From assembly GCA_964016885.1 (NCBI GenBank), contig OZ024740.1, positions 288,548,001-288,612,000 of the forward strand: a stretch of 64,000 bases of DNA, given 5' to 3'. The DNA comes from Eledone cirrhosa (Eukaryota). The notes under the pieces were generated by a model, which made no database searches, was not told where the DNA came from, and worked only from the letters and a program-made list of their open reading frames with translations. Below, in pieces: positions 26,771 to 40,444 of the stretch. The position numbers were made by a program, and so were the translations under genes. Within the stretch, counting starts at the first letter, position 1; every line of letters begins with the position of its first letter.

Positions 26771-27689
26771 TACTAGAACTGCCCTACTAGTTGAAGAATC
26801 AGTTGTTAATATCTTCTCTGTGGAGATTTTGTGCAGGTGATGGTTAGTATTGATGTGGGCTGGTATGAATTTGACAGTGTGTGTGATAATTGTCAGTGCA
26901 TGTACAGTATAGAACACTTTCTTGGAGTCAACCTGTGAGTGGAACATCAAGTCACCTTTTCTATCTGGAGACTCAGGATGGCACTTTGGGAAAGTGCTAA
27001 CAATTTCATTTGTCTTCCATACCAAGAATACAGTGAAGTTCAAAATCCATGAAAACGGGTAGAAGTGGGTCAGATACGTTCAATGGCTGTGATGACAGAT
27101 GATGGCTGCAATAGACTGCTGCTTCTAGTCAATATGGAGGACTCTTTGCAATTGGGCCAAGGAAAATGTAGAGCACTTCTAATATCTAGGTGGTGACCTA
27201 TCACATAACAACACACAATGAGGAGAACCTACACAAAATAATATCTAACTGCTCAATGTTTCATAAAAACTTTACCAGTGTAACCCCAGGTATCTAAAAT
27301 TAAGACGAGATGGTCATTGCTGGACCGTCTTGATCATGGATTTGTTTAATCAGAACTGACCGGAAGCTATGAGACATCAACACACCACTGATTCTTTCTT
27401 TCTCCTCTCCCCCATTAAAAGCAGGAATTCCTGTAACAACCATTCATTGCATCGGTATTTCTAGGCCATTTACTGGCGGGATGGGGTGGATTAGGTGCAG
27501 GGGAGAGGGGTAGTGTGCTGTTGTTGTTGTCCTCATTTTAAATAGATCCTGTTTTTGTTGTCATTTTCTATTCTTCCTTCCTCTAAAATCTCTTTCTGTC
27601 TGTTTAGTTGTCTCCTAAGAAACTAATGCTCCAGCCCTCCCCCACATTAGCACTCTGTTTCAGCCTACCTACCTGTTTCTTCCTCTCAT

Positions 27690-27756
<67 letters not shown>

Positions 27757-30700
27757 TCTCTATAACAATGCCTCAACCATATTTGTAATCTAATGGATTT
27801 TGTCCCACCATCATCACACACTCCTCTTACAATCCCTCCTCCACTATTTATCATAGTGGAAGCCTCTATGATCCTTTTCTGTCCCACTCCCACCACCACT
27901 GTTATCCATACATTCTGCCTCTGCCTTTCACTACAATCCCATTCTCCTCACACTGCCCCCCCCCCCCCTCCCCCAACTTCGTTTTCCTAATGGCTCAATA
28001 TTTCTGACTCAGCTCTGTTCCTCAGCTGCTCTCTACTTCATAGTGTGTGTGTGGTACAATAAAGTACAATGTATGTGTATTTGTGCATTGTGCAGTCATG
28101 TCTGTGTGTGTGTGCATGTATTTAATGTTCTGTACAGTGTGTGTCTGTGTGGTGCAGTCATGTACAATATGTGTGTGTGTGGTGCAGCCATGTTAATGAA
28201 TGTGTATATTTAATGCAGTTCTGTGCAATGTGTGTCTGTCACAATCTTATAAAAGTTGTGTATGCATGTGATGCAGTTTTGTACAATATATGAAATGCAT
28301 TTGACAATGTGTATGCAGTGTTGTGTAATCCTGTAGAATGTGTGTGTGCACGCATGCATGCGTGTATGTGTGTGTGTGTGCACATGTGCATGCTCTGACA
28401 TGTTGCTGCAAAATGTAAGCATCTGAAAGGTTCTCTGCAATAGTTCCCCTAGCACACATTCCAGCAGCTGCATGCTTCTTTCAGAGGTTGCACTGCCATC
28501 ATTATCACCACCACCATCATCATCACTATTAATTCACCACCACCACCATCATCATTACTAATACCACCTCCACCATCACAATCACCACTGGCAGTTTCCA
28601 CCCACATGTAGACCCAAATTCCCCTCATACTTTTCTCCTACTTTCTTCAGCATGTACAAATTATGCCCTCCCCTTCTCTCTGTGCTGTTCCATATTTAAC
28701 CTTCCATCTTACTACTCCAACCCCTATCTGCTCCCTTCCTTCTAATTGGGGAGTTAGTTAGGTCCAACACATATATGGTAGTCCATGAGGGGGTTATGGT
28801 AAGATGCTGTTGTTACTGCTGCTAATGACAGTTTGGGTGGGTGTTTGGCTAGCTCTTGAAAAAAAGGTTGGTAATCTAGGGTTATTAACAAGCAACAAGG
28901 TGTTGCTGCAGTTGTTGTTAATGTTGTTGTTGATAGTGTAGTAAGTTGTTTGCGACAAATTGTTGCTGCAGTTGGTAATGTAGCTGCCATAGTCGTTGTT
29001 GATAGTGAGATGGAATGTTAGCAACATGATGAAGAAGCTACAATTGTTGATTATATTGCTGTTGCTGTTGTTTAGGGGGTAATTGTTAGCAACAAGGTGG
29101 TTCTATGGATGCTGTTGCAACCAGCAAACTTTACCTAGCTCTCATACTTCATAACATATTCAGTATTTTTCTTCATATACACCACTAATATGACCTCCAT
29201 ACCAGCACCAACACTATAACCACCACATATATAACCTCTAAAACCACCACCACCACCACCATTAGGACCTCCAAAAGCACTCATGCCTCCTACCACCACA
29301 ATTACTACAAAGTCCTGCTTTAGAGAGTAATCTATTAATCAGTTCCACTATCTAAAAGGTTTTGTATCTGTATCTGTCCATTTAGCTATCCATCTGTCTG
29401 CCTCTGTATGTGTTTGAGTTTCAGTGGGGGTAATATAGTCATTGAGGTGAGTGCATGTGTACACAGTTGAACAGGTATGTGTGTGAGTATATATGTATAT
29501 ATGTATGTATATATACATACACACGCACATCATACTTGTTACACATTAAACTGTAGGTACCATTAATTTGCAATAGTGCAATAAAAGATATTCTTGATTA
29601 TATGCCAGTCTCTCTTATCCTGTCAGGAAACCATTTTGTGTGAGCTGTGTGAGTGTGCTAGTATGTATACCTATATGTCTATAATTGTGTATGTGTATGT
29701 ATCTAATCTATATCTAGAATGTTGTTGTTGTTGTTGTTGCTGCTATCTTTATACGCAATCTCTTCATGTTTATTCAGTGGCTTAATTGCGAACTTTATGA
29801 TCAAGTGTATGTAGGGGGTGTTAGTTTCACTAAGTACAATATTCAGATACATCAGCTGCTGGCTGCGCTATATGTGTAGCTGAACAATTTGGTGTGACTC
29901 AGGACATATATGTATTCTCTTGGTGGCAGTAAACCTCATTGCTGCAGGAAAACCAAAGGTAAAAAAAGACCTTTGCACATGTGTCATAGTGTTAAATAGG
30001 CCATAGTATAAAATCATAATTATGGGCGAAATTATTTTTAAACATTCATTCATTTGTATTGAAAGACCGCGCTATCTGAAATCGAGACTCAGGATCACGT
30101 ACTGAAAATATAAGGACTTATGGCAAAAGCATTATAACTAGAGGTGATATTCATATTTTGTCATTTATTAAACCATGTTCACACCTCTGTATAATTAAAG
30201 AGTAATTAAGATGCTAGTGGCTGGAATGTAACACAAATAAATTGAAAGAATCAGTTTTCATTGATATGGCAGAGTTGATGGTAGGTAATATTACCAGAAC
30301 CACCAGATATTTAATAGAGCTACTTGTGTGTGTGTAACCTGCCAACAGCTGTTAACTATCACAACTATAAACATATACATTCATTTGAAGATAATTAGTT
30401 TAATTTCATTTTGATTAAAGGCAAATGAAACTGAAAAATACATAGCAAATGGAATTCTCATGTAGTTTTTTAAGTACAACACCAATAGTATTTGTGAATA
30501 TATATATATACATACACACACAAACATATATGTGATAGCTATACTTGTGTATTTCACTAACCACATATCATACAAATCTCTTTCTTTAATTGCTTAATGA
30601 AATATCATGCATTTTATCTTATTTAATTTATTTATTCACTATACTCTTGGTGCAAAGCCACATATTTATATAGAGAAAAGCTTTTCCCAATGAGATGAAA

Positions 30701-31203
30701 TAAATATTTAAGGTGTCTGTATTGACAGAAAATATCTTAAAATGAATTTGTTAATTCAAATGTTTATAGTGTATTTATTACTGGACTAATAATTTGGAAA
30801 TTTTGCAATATTAGAATAAAGACTTCATTTTTGTTTTAATGTGATGCATTCATATTGCTGTTTTATACTTATCACGAAGGTCTTGCTAATGTGGTTTTAT
30901 GTGGTACAAGACATTGAGTTCCACACAGCTACTAATGGATGAAGTTCTTATTGCTAGCAGTGACAGATGTTGAGGGGTTCTCTAAACTTACTAGGTTTAT
31001 AACTGGTAAGGTTGAGCTAACAAGAGAGTCTCTACACTATTGCTTGACCTGCCAGAAACAATAATCAAATCACACTATACTATCTTTAACCTTTTCATTA
31101 CCATGTTTCTAATGAAAAGCACTATATGATTTTCAATTTTGAAATTAATCAAGGATTTAGCAATATAATTAACTTTCAGTAGAAACAATTATTAAGCATG
31201 GCA

Positions 31204-31595
31204 TGGCGGTGGATTGGCAGTATCGGTAGAGGGTCAGACACCATGCTTTGATGCATAGTTATGGCCTTTTCCATTCTGAGTTCAAATCCCTCTGAGGTTA
31301 ACTTTGCCTTTCATCCTTACGGGGTCGATAAAATAAAGTACCAGTAATGTACTGGGTAATTGCTGGCCTTGTGCCAAAAAGTAGAAACAATTATTAAGCA
31401 GGGCGGTGAATTGGCAGTATCAGTAGAGGGTTGGACGCCATGCTTTCTAGCATAGTTACGTCCCTTTATGGTCTGAGTTCAAATCCTGTTGAGGTTAACT
31501 TTGCCTTTCATCCTTACGGGGTCAATAAAATAAAGTACCAGTAATGTATGGGTAATTGCTGGCCTTGTGCCAAAAAGTAGAAACAATTATTAAGC
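31204..31595 (+). mobile_element. Two head-to-tail SINE A copies nested in a piggyBac-like MITE
   Basis: AGTAGAAACAATTATTAAGC occurs before, between and after the copies. Confidence 0.9.
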
Positions 31596-32925
31596 TTGTG
31601 TTGAAACAACTCAACAAAATGTATTCCATAAAATTATGTCAAAAGATTTTTAGATAATTATAACACTTTAAAACAAACAGGTGTGATTTCAGGCAGTTTG
31701 GTAATAAAATGATTTAAAAGCAGGAAGGATACATTGGATAATGTAGTTCTAGATACACTGTCTATATATATATATGAAAGGTGTGATGGTTACAGCTAGA
31801 ATACTTTGATCAAAGGTTTACTGAATCAAAGATGAACAACAATATAATCTCTGATGGGCAAGAGTACTGCTGCTAACAGTGTGTCTTGTCAAAAGGAAGC
31901 CTGGATTCATTTTATATAAATGTGATGTTCTTGGCATAGCCATATGTATGAACAAACAATCTGTTACCAACAGAATGTGGGATTTCACATAAGATGAAGT
32001 AGAGGCTAGGATTGCTCCTTAATAACTGACATTGCTTGAACAAGATACTTCAAGATGGTTAACCAAGAATCATGAGATGCATATCCAGTACCCAGAATTT
32101 AAGTGAGGGAAGGGATGAATGACAACTTGTGATGTTCATACTGTCTCCATTGATTTTGGCACAGCAAGTGAAGCTGTTTCAACCAATGAAATTCTAGCAT
32201 TGTATGTAGTGTTACAATTTCTTTGCCAGTACATGCCATAACATTGTGTATGCCTCAGAACAACTCTACTGTGGTTTTACAGCTAGGGATGTGTCACAAT
32301 AATTCTAAAACTGTGTGCCATGCACCTGGACATACAAACACAAGTGTTTTAAGGCTATTTCCCTTACAAAGCTGGGGCTAACTTTGTGGGCACCATGATA
32401 GGCTTCGTAATCATGGGGACTTCTTGGGGCAATGTTTTTCAGTTAGATATTCTTCCTGGTGCCAACCATTTTTATCACCTTTTACAATATGCAGGTATAT
32501 GGTGTACCTATAAAAAAGAAAACAGATACACATCTGACAAAGTCTCTACCATTATATGGGATATCACAGCTGGATATGTCAACCCACCAAAAGAAAGCCA
32601 AAACCTGAGTAAATAATTGAGACCCTATTGGCCTAATGTAGTCATACAGCTTGCTAGAAACAACAGTTCAATCTCTCAAAATTTATATTTTATTGTTTTA
32701 AGAAAAAAGAATACATTAGATAATGGGATCCAGAGTACACTGTTTGAAAAATGAGTGGGGTTGGATCACAAGAACACTTCTGTTCATAAATCTGCTTGAT
32801 TAGGGTTGAACAACATCATTAAACAAAACTCCTAAACTACACTCAAGTAATAATAAATAGGAAATCTGTTTTTCTTTATTCTTTCCTGGTTTCTCCCCTC
32901 ACTCTTTCATACCTTAATTCTGTTG

Positions 32926-32993
<68 letters not shown>

Positions 32994-33469
32994 TTACTCA
33001 TCTCTCACTCCCCTTCTCTCTTCCACCTCTTTCTTACTTTCTCCTTTACTCATCCTCTCTTTCCCCTGCCCTCTCTATTTTTTTTAAATATATTTCTTTC
33101 TCCCTTCTCTCTCTTTACTTCTTTCTTTCTTTCTCTTTCTCAGCCCTCTCCTCTCAGTGCATACATAGCTTTCATTAATACATACCACTGATTTGACAAT
33201 CCCCCTCCAACAAAATAAAAACTTCCTTCCTCCCCTTCTCTATAATAACCACCACCACCTCAAGGAACAGATGAAAAGGGTGGGTTAAGTGAGGAGGGTA
33301 TTCAAATTCATTCACAGAACTAATCCTCTGCCACCCTTAACCCACTGCCAAAACAGAACTGAAGAATCCTTTCATCCTCTGTTGATATTGACAGGCACAA
33401 ATCAATGACATACCAGTTCTATGTTGTCAGTCACTGTGAAGTCACTCTTAACCATTCATCTCCATTTAC

Positions 33470-33865
33470 CCCTCCTCTCTCTCCTCTCCCCTCTTCTCTC
33501 CCCCTTTCTCCCATCCTCTCTTCTCTCCCCCTTTCTCCCATCCTCTCTTCTCTCTCTCCCTCTCCCATCCTCTTCTCTCTCTCCCATCCTCTTCTCTCTC
33601 TCCCTCTCCCATCCTCTTCTCTCTCTCCCTCTCCCATCCTCTTCTCTCTCTCCCTCTCACATCCTCTTCTCTCTCTCCCTCTCCCATCCTCTTCTCTCTC
33701 TCCCTCTCCCATCCTCTTCTCTCTCTCTCCCTCTCTCGTCCTCTTCTCTCTCTCCCTCTCCCATCTTCTCTCTCTCTCTCTCCCTCTCCCATCTTCTCTC
33801 TCTCTCTCTCTCCCTCTCCCATCTTCTCTCTATCTCTCTCCCATCTTCTCTCTCTCTCAACCATC
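33470..33865. repeat. Polypyrimidine minisatellite (~23-27-bp unit CTCTCCCTCTCCCATCCTCTTCT)
   Basis: Almost purely C/T on the + strand; source of the ERERRGW and LSLPLPSS ORFs. Confidence 0.95.
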
Positions 33866-34216
33866 CTTTCTGGTAGCCTGCCTGTTGTTTCAAATCAACC
33901 AGAACTGCTGCAATAGGTGCGTGTGACAGCAAGGAGTCAGATGAGGCGATGGGATTACTGGGTCTCATCTCTCTCCTGTAATAATGGAGGGGTTCCCTAT
34001 CAGATGATGGCTAATGGACTATTATTACCAACAGCAACAATTGCAACATGTTGAAATTTGTGGTAATTTATCCATTTTCTCTTCTTTTCTACCTGAAATA
34101 ACCCAGGGTGAAAATATAGTACTAGCATGGCTGTTTTATCATATAGGGTGGATTTTTCATTTATCTAATTATGAGATGCAACCGGTGCTAGCAGGAAAAC
34201 CTTATGCCCATCAACT

Positions 34217-34269
<53 letters not shown>

Positions 34270-34363
34270 TTTACATTGAAATACCTAAAAACACAAATCT
34301 GATTCTTTCATATTTTTACATATGTATATATATAACATGGAAAAAACGCATACTCACACACAC

Positions 34364-34402
<39 letters not shown>

Positions 34403-35197
34403 ATTTTTACAGTTATAATTTATATATATATGTGTGTGTATAAATATAGTGTGTAAGTGTATTTTTACAGATATAATAATTTTTATGCGTGTGTGTGTGT
34501 GTATAAATATAGTGTGTATGTGTATTTTTACAGATATAATTTTTGTGTGTGTGTGTGTGTGTGTGATTCTGTCATCATCATCATCGATTAACGTCTATCT
34601 TCCACGCTAGCATGGGTGTATCTATATATTCTGTTATTTTTTTGACTGGTTTCACTCATTAAATGGTGATTATGCTGGAGGGCCACTTCCAAGGGTTTTA
34701 GTTGACCATATTGACCCCAGCATCAATGTTATTCTTATTTTACCAACCTTTATTTATAAAATGATTATTATTTAAACACCGGTTTTTACACTAAGGCACC
34801 ATAAAATTAGACACGGACAGTCACACAAACGGGCTTCCACACAGTTTCCATCTACCAAATTTCATTCATTGTATGTCGATCAACCTGAGTCTATGGTAAA
34901 GAAACACTTGCCTAAGATGCCATGCAGTGGAATCCAATCCAAAATTTTGTGAGGTTAATTTCTGAAACACACAGCTATGCCTGCGCCCATTTATATGCAC
35001 ATATATGTATGTGTGTGTGTATGTGTATGTGTATACCCAACTTATTCATTTACTATATATAGTCATTGCATATAGCCGTATGCATTGTGCCTGACAGATT
35101 TTTGTAAGAATTGACTAAAAGGGAAGGGAATCTGAGTGTAAAATATTGTCACAAAACATCCCATGTAACCCATTCTGGCATGGATGTAAAAACAATG

Positions 35198-35251
<54 letters not shown>

Positions 35252-35659
35252 GAGAGGAGAGAGGGAGAGGAGAGAGCACTATTTGAGCCTTATTCTCTGT
35301 GATATTCTAGATGACTTTGAAATTCAAGTAGTGGCTAAAATCTCAGTTTAATTATACATATGACTGAATTCTACATCATGTTCTCTCCTTCTCTTTTGCC
35401 TGCAAACTATAACGTGTGTGTGTGTGTGTAATGTTCCCACTTTACCATGTCAATAGTTTAAGCATGAAAGGCTGACATCTTGAAATAATATAGTTTATTT
35501 TACAGCTGATCCAGTCAGCTACTCTGGAGTTACTCCAAAATCCAGTCAGTTGATTGGATCAAATATATTTCCTAATTAACAAATCAGGAAAACTCCAGCA
35601 TAAGAGTCAATTTGATTAGCCAAAATAAATGATCAACAGGTATTATATATCTGTTGATC

Positions 35660-35875
35660 ATATCATCATCACCGTTTAACATCCATTTTCCATGCTGGCA
35701 TGGGTTAATCGAGGTCAGAACCAATTTTAGCTTGGTTTCTATGGCTGGATGGATGCCCTTCCTAACGCCAACCACATTTACAGTGAATACTGGGTGTTTT
35801 TTGTTGTGACACATGACCATTTTACAGTGTGGGCTGGTTGCTTTTTGTCATGACACTTACACAACCACTTTACCG
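35660..35875 (-). mobile_element. SINE family B, partial
   Basis: CATCATCACCGTTTAACATCCATTTTCCATGCTGGCATGGG...GGATGCCCTTCCTAACGCCAAC. Confidence 0.85.
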
Positions 35876-36059
35876 AGTGGGCTGAGGATTTTGGCGGGAA
35901 GGGGATGTGGGTATATGGACATGTGTTAGGACGTGGGAGGTGTGTGGGAGATGAAGGTGAGGGTGGTGCATACCAGATGTAAGCTTCAGCCTGTGCCCAT
36001 GGGAGGGGGGTGAATACTATATGTATGATTCAGCCTGTACTCATGGGAAGGCGGGTCTT

Positions 36060-36385
36060 CTGCTTAATGCCTGAGATCCCAGTCATGTGTCATCACCTTT
36101 GAGCGGTGCAATTGTGCGAGGTCAGCTTTTATTATCTCATCCCAAGTCTTCCTACTCCATCAACTTTGAGCGCTCTATACCTTTCTATACAGCTGTCATC
36201 CTTCATACACATCACATGTCCATACCAATGCAATCTTCTCTCATGCACACTGCATCTAATTCTTCTTATGCACAATTTCTCTCTCAGTTTGTTTATGCTT
36301 TGCTGTTCATGTATATAACTATTATACATCCACCGAAGCATGCAAGCTTCATTTCTTTCCAATCTTCGTAAGTCCTCTGCACACT
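36060..36385 (-). mobile_element. RTE-clade LINE fragment, C-terminal region after the RT domain
   Basis: EDLRRLERNEACMLRWM...LREKL...ERRLHWYGHVMCM matches the RTE MLRW / RLRWFGHV motifs. Confidence 0.85.
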
Positions 36386-36939
36386 GTTGGTGTGTAATGT
36401 TTACACCAGTTTGAGCACTCAATGCCAATGTAGGTCCAGTTGCCAATGTGGTATTCTATGTTTGGTATTACATTGTATGTTGTATATATTGTATGTTTCA
36501 AGTTCACAAATCCTTACTCTGAGGATCTCCAGAAACAAGAAACTCTGAGTAACAATTTGTGAAGTTTCAACTTCCAGTAGATAAAATATATATCTTTACA
36601 AGTAACAGTCAAGTACTAGTCATGTGTTTGAGGGGGGGGGGGGGGGTTATCTCCCAAAGTCTTGTAACCTTGTGCCTAATGTTCAATGTAATTTTTTTTT
36701 TTATTGTTTCTATGACAGAGCATTGGACAAAATGCTTTCTGACATCTAGTTATAGCTCTTGTATTTAAATCTTACTGTGCTCAGATCTTATAATAATAAT
36801 GAAATATTGTGTACAGTGCTCAGGTGCACTACAACTCATCAAAAAGTGTATGTATAGTACATAGGGTAATGCACAAACGTCAGGAAAATGAACAGTGCAT
36901 GAGTCATGATATACACGTGTGCATGTGTATGGAAGGGGT

Positions 36940-37116
36940 ACATCCTTTCATCTTCCTGGGTTTGATAAAATCAAGTACCAGTAAAGTACTATGGTAGATA
37001 TATTCACATTCCCTCCAAATTATTGGTCTTATGTCTAAATTAGAAACCATTGTCGATAAAATAAAGTACCAGTAATACACTGGGTAATTGCTGGCCTTGT
37101 GCCTAACGTAGAAACA

Positions 37117-37147
<31 letters not shown>

Positions 37148-37582
37148 GGGTGGAGAAATTGGTAGTATTGGTAGAGTGTCAGACACCATGCTTTGCAGCA
37201 TCAAGTTATGACCCTTTATGCTCTGAGTTCAAATCCTGCCGAGATTAGCTTTGTCTTTCATCCTTTCGGAGTCAATAAAATACAGCATCAGTAATGCCCT
37301 GGGGGTTGATTTAATCAACTTTCCCCTCCTCCAAAATTGCTGGCCTTGTGCCTAAATCAGAAAGCATTATTATTGTTATTACTGTTATTAGGGCGCTGGA
37401 TTGGCAGTATCGGTAGAGGGTTGGACGCCATGCTTTGCAGCATAGTTACGTCCCTTTACGATCTGAGTTCAAATCCCGCCGAGGTTGACTTTGCCTTTCA
37501 TCCTTCCGGGGTCGATAAAATAAAGTACCAGTAATGCACTGGGTAATTGCTGGCCTTGTGCCTAAAGTAGAAACAATTATTA
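36940..37582 (+). mobile_element. Cluster of four same-orientation SINE A copies (two partial, two full at ~37147-37365 and ~37391-37580)
   Basis: Repeated GATAAAATAAAGTACCAGTAA...GGCCTTGTGCCTAA...AGAAAC blocks separated by (ATT)n tails. Confidence 0.9.
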
Positions 37583-37658
37583 TTGTTGTTACTAATATTT
37601 CAAATCTGCATTCTTGTGATTTAAACTATTTATTTATTTTGTGTCTCTTTTCTTGCAG

Positions 37659-37760
37659 AGTGACGGCAACTCAAGCTTTTTGCGGGCAGCGCGGGATGGG
37701 AATTTGTCAGAAGTGTTGGAATACCTGAAAGGTAGCACCGATATCAATACCAGTAATTCA
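37659..37760 (+). CDS. Ank2: Ankyrin exon, first ANK repeat: [34 protein letters not shown] (102 nt, phase 0/0)
   Basis: Acceptor TCTCTTTTCTTGCAG and donor GTAAGT; aligns with vertebrate ankyrin-B [34 protein letters not shown]. Confidence 0.96.
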
Positions 37761-38211
37761 GTAAGTACATAACTGATACCTCCATTCTCTAATGTATCAC
37801 TGGCCAACGTGCCCTAATCAGCTGATACTTCTCTTCTGACTAATACTGCAGTATCATCACTGAATGCAGTATCAGCTGTTTGATTTCTACTGCTTCTACT
37901 GCTGCAGCAGTTGCAACTACTCTCTGCTAGTTGCATCTAAAGGCTACTGCAGTAATGGCAGTATTACACTGTTGCATCTGTAAAACTAACTGTTGATTGT
38001 ATTACATGAGTGTATCTGTTCATCTATGCCTGTGTGTGTGTGTGTGTTGCTTTCATTTAGCTTCAAATCAGCTCAGAATTAGCAGATGTGTGGTCAAAAG
38101 GTGTTCAAGTACTGATTGATCATCTTGTCTTGTATATCTTGGACTAACTTGTCCAATATGTCCTTCCTTTTTTTAAGATTAAATTGAGTATTGAGGAGTG
38201 GTATTCCAAAA

Positions 38212-38461
38212 AGGAATGGAAAAAGACCACAGTTGAATAAGGTACAAATTTATTTCATATAGAAGTGGCTTCTACAGGACTAAAACTGTTTCATTTGTTT
38301 GAAATCATCTGGAAAGTAAAAAAGTGTTTTACTTTCCAGATGATTTCACACGAAAGAAACAGTTCTAGTCCTGTGGAAGTCATTTCTATATGAAATAGAT
38401 ATATACCTTTTCTACTAATGTATTGAGTGCCTTATTTAACTGATTTTTTTTTCCATTCCTC
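38212..38461. mobile_element. Foldback element made of two inverted hammerhead-like (Penelope-type) units
   Basis: Inner arms 38251-38321 and 38327-38397 (71 bp, 7 differences); outer arms ~38212-38245 and ~38427-38461; arms homologous to the 25.3-kb motif. Confidence 0.75.
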
Positions 38462-40444
38462 TTCAGAAAACCTAGTTGACTAGTATATAAATGTATATTC
38501 TAAATGAGTTTTGTGTGTTGGAAATCCATCAGTTGTGATGTGTTCCAGTTGTTCAAACAAGGCAACAGCCTGCTTGTGGAATTAACATGCAAGTGTCTGA
38601 GCATTCCACTGACACATGCACCCTTTTGATACCAACCTGGCCAAAGCAAAATCTCTAATTTTAAAGGGTTTCTATTTATATTAAAATCTTTCATCATACT
38701 TTTTATAAGAACCATGTTACGTTACTATCTTAGTAATGAAATGATTTATATTTTAGTGAATCCCTAAAAATGATTCCCTAATTTATGACCTACAGTAGAA
38801 ATACAGTCACAAAAGGATTAAGGTAGTTAGTCAGTGTGGAGGAGGAAATGCTCATGACTTTTGCAAATGAATTTGATACTGCCAATGCCCAACCTGAACA
38901 TCTGTAAATCACCAATGTTTACAAGTTAAAAAAAAATGTCTGGCCCAAATGCTTGCTGCAAAGTAAAATCTGTTAGAGGTACCCAAAGACTTCAGTATTA
39001 AACTGATTGGTATATCATATCTACCATCCAAAGATCTTGCTATTATCATTGTGCTGTGATCATCAGCATGACATCTGACTCTGCTTATTCCAGTTGCATC
39101 TGATTGAACTTAAATGGCTAATGAAAGGAAGGATATATAGGTAGTAAAAAAAAAATTAAAAAAAAATCAATTCTACCTATACAAACATTTTTTGTTACCA
39201 ATATGTTTTAAAAAGTTGAAAGAAAACAGCGTATGTCTATTAATTGAAAGAAGGTTTTTTTTTTCTTTGATATGCTTGTAACATGTTAACCCTTCCTAAT
39301 CTCTTCTGAATTAATTGTGATAATGGTATTGATTAGGAGAGAGAGAGAGATTAATGGTTGTGACTCAGTTTAATATTTGATGCGGTTTCTAGTTGTTGAG
39401 CTCCAGGTCAGCTCTGGTTGTGTAGACCAATAGTCAACAGTATTCCAGCTTTGTCCATTTTGTTTCTTTTTTTCTTTTTCCAACTACAATATTTATAGGA
39501 TGTCTAATGAGTCATTCACTTTTTAAGACAACATAATGGGATTTGATAAAGAATTGGCTGCTAGTTCTAGCAGATCAAGTGGCTATGCAGAGGCTCCTTT
39601 GTTATCTCTTTATTAATGCTGATGAAGTATTTTATTGATAGGCATAAGCAAAACTAGGAAAAGAAAAGAGAAACAAGATAGAAAGAAGCTAACTATTGGT
39701 AACCCTGCCCAAAATGTCAGGACTCACCATTTCTCAAAGAACTCGAACACAGTATCTTATGAAATGCAAATTAGGTTTTCATGAATAATAAAAACTGGAG
39801 GACCAACAAATTTAACATTTCTAGTTGTTTTGCTCTTCGGCAAAGAGAGAAAAAGTAGCAATCTGGATTTGATTGCAAGCCAGTTTCCTTGGAATCTAAA
39901 TTTTACTCAATATTTTCTTGGTGGTTTGTATCCATCTCACAAGATTCAATTTCATCCAACCCATACCAGCACAGAATGCAGATGTGAAATGATGATGATT
40001 TAGGTAATATTAGAATTTAAGGAGTTTAAGATTCTAGTGAGCTAATCACATGATAGCCATGTAATTTTTATGGGATTTTTTCTTCATTTTTCTTGGCATA
40101 GGATATTATGTTGTTGGTATTTAGTCCCTGTTCAATCTTGTGGCTAGCCTGTTTTTTAAGGGTATGTGAGATTAACCCTTCAGCATTTGCATTACTCTAT
40201 ATATATACTATTGTATTTTCGTGGTAAAGACTTTGCCCCACATAATTATCTCACATAATATTGAATCTATGGGATTTTGGTATTTATTTTGAGAACAATA
40301 CCTTAACGCCAGTATGAGTGGCCTATTATAGATGGTTTGAACAGAAAGAGGTGAGAGAATTTTGGCTGGTTTAAATGATAAAGGGTTGAATTATCTAATG
40401 TACCTTTTCTTTATTTGAAATGAGAGTGTGATTTTAGGGATTTT

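Noticed and set aside
27150-27260. ENVEHF*YLGGDLS, similar to the LINE RT YLG motif
   Set aside because: Probably an ancient LINE scrap, but too short and decayed to delimit or classify.
33405-33968. Overlapping ORFs on both strands (LSLPLPSS, ERERRGW)
   Set aside because: They come from a polypyrimidine/polypurine minisatellite that lacks stop codons by composition.
37391-37480. tRNA gene suggested by the A and B boxes
   Set aside because: The boxes belong to the tRNA-derived head of a multi-copy SINE, and I see no complete cloverleaf.
38050-38085. FHLASNQL peptide as a possible missing ankyrin-repeat exon
   Set aside because: It lies in the tail of an old SINE-like repeat, has no suitable splice sites, and lacks the rest of the ANK consensus.
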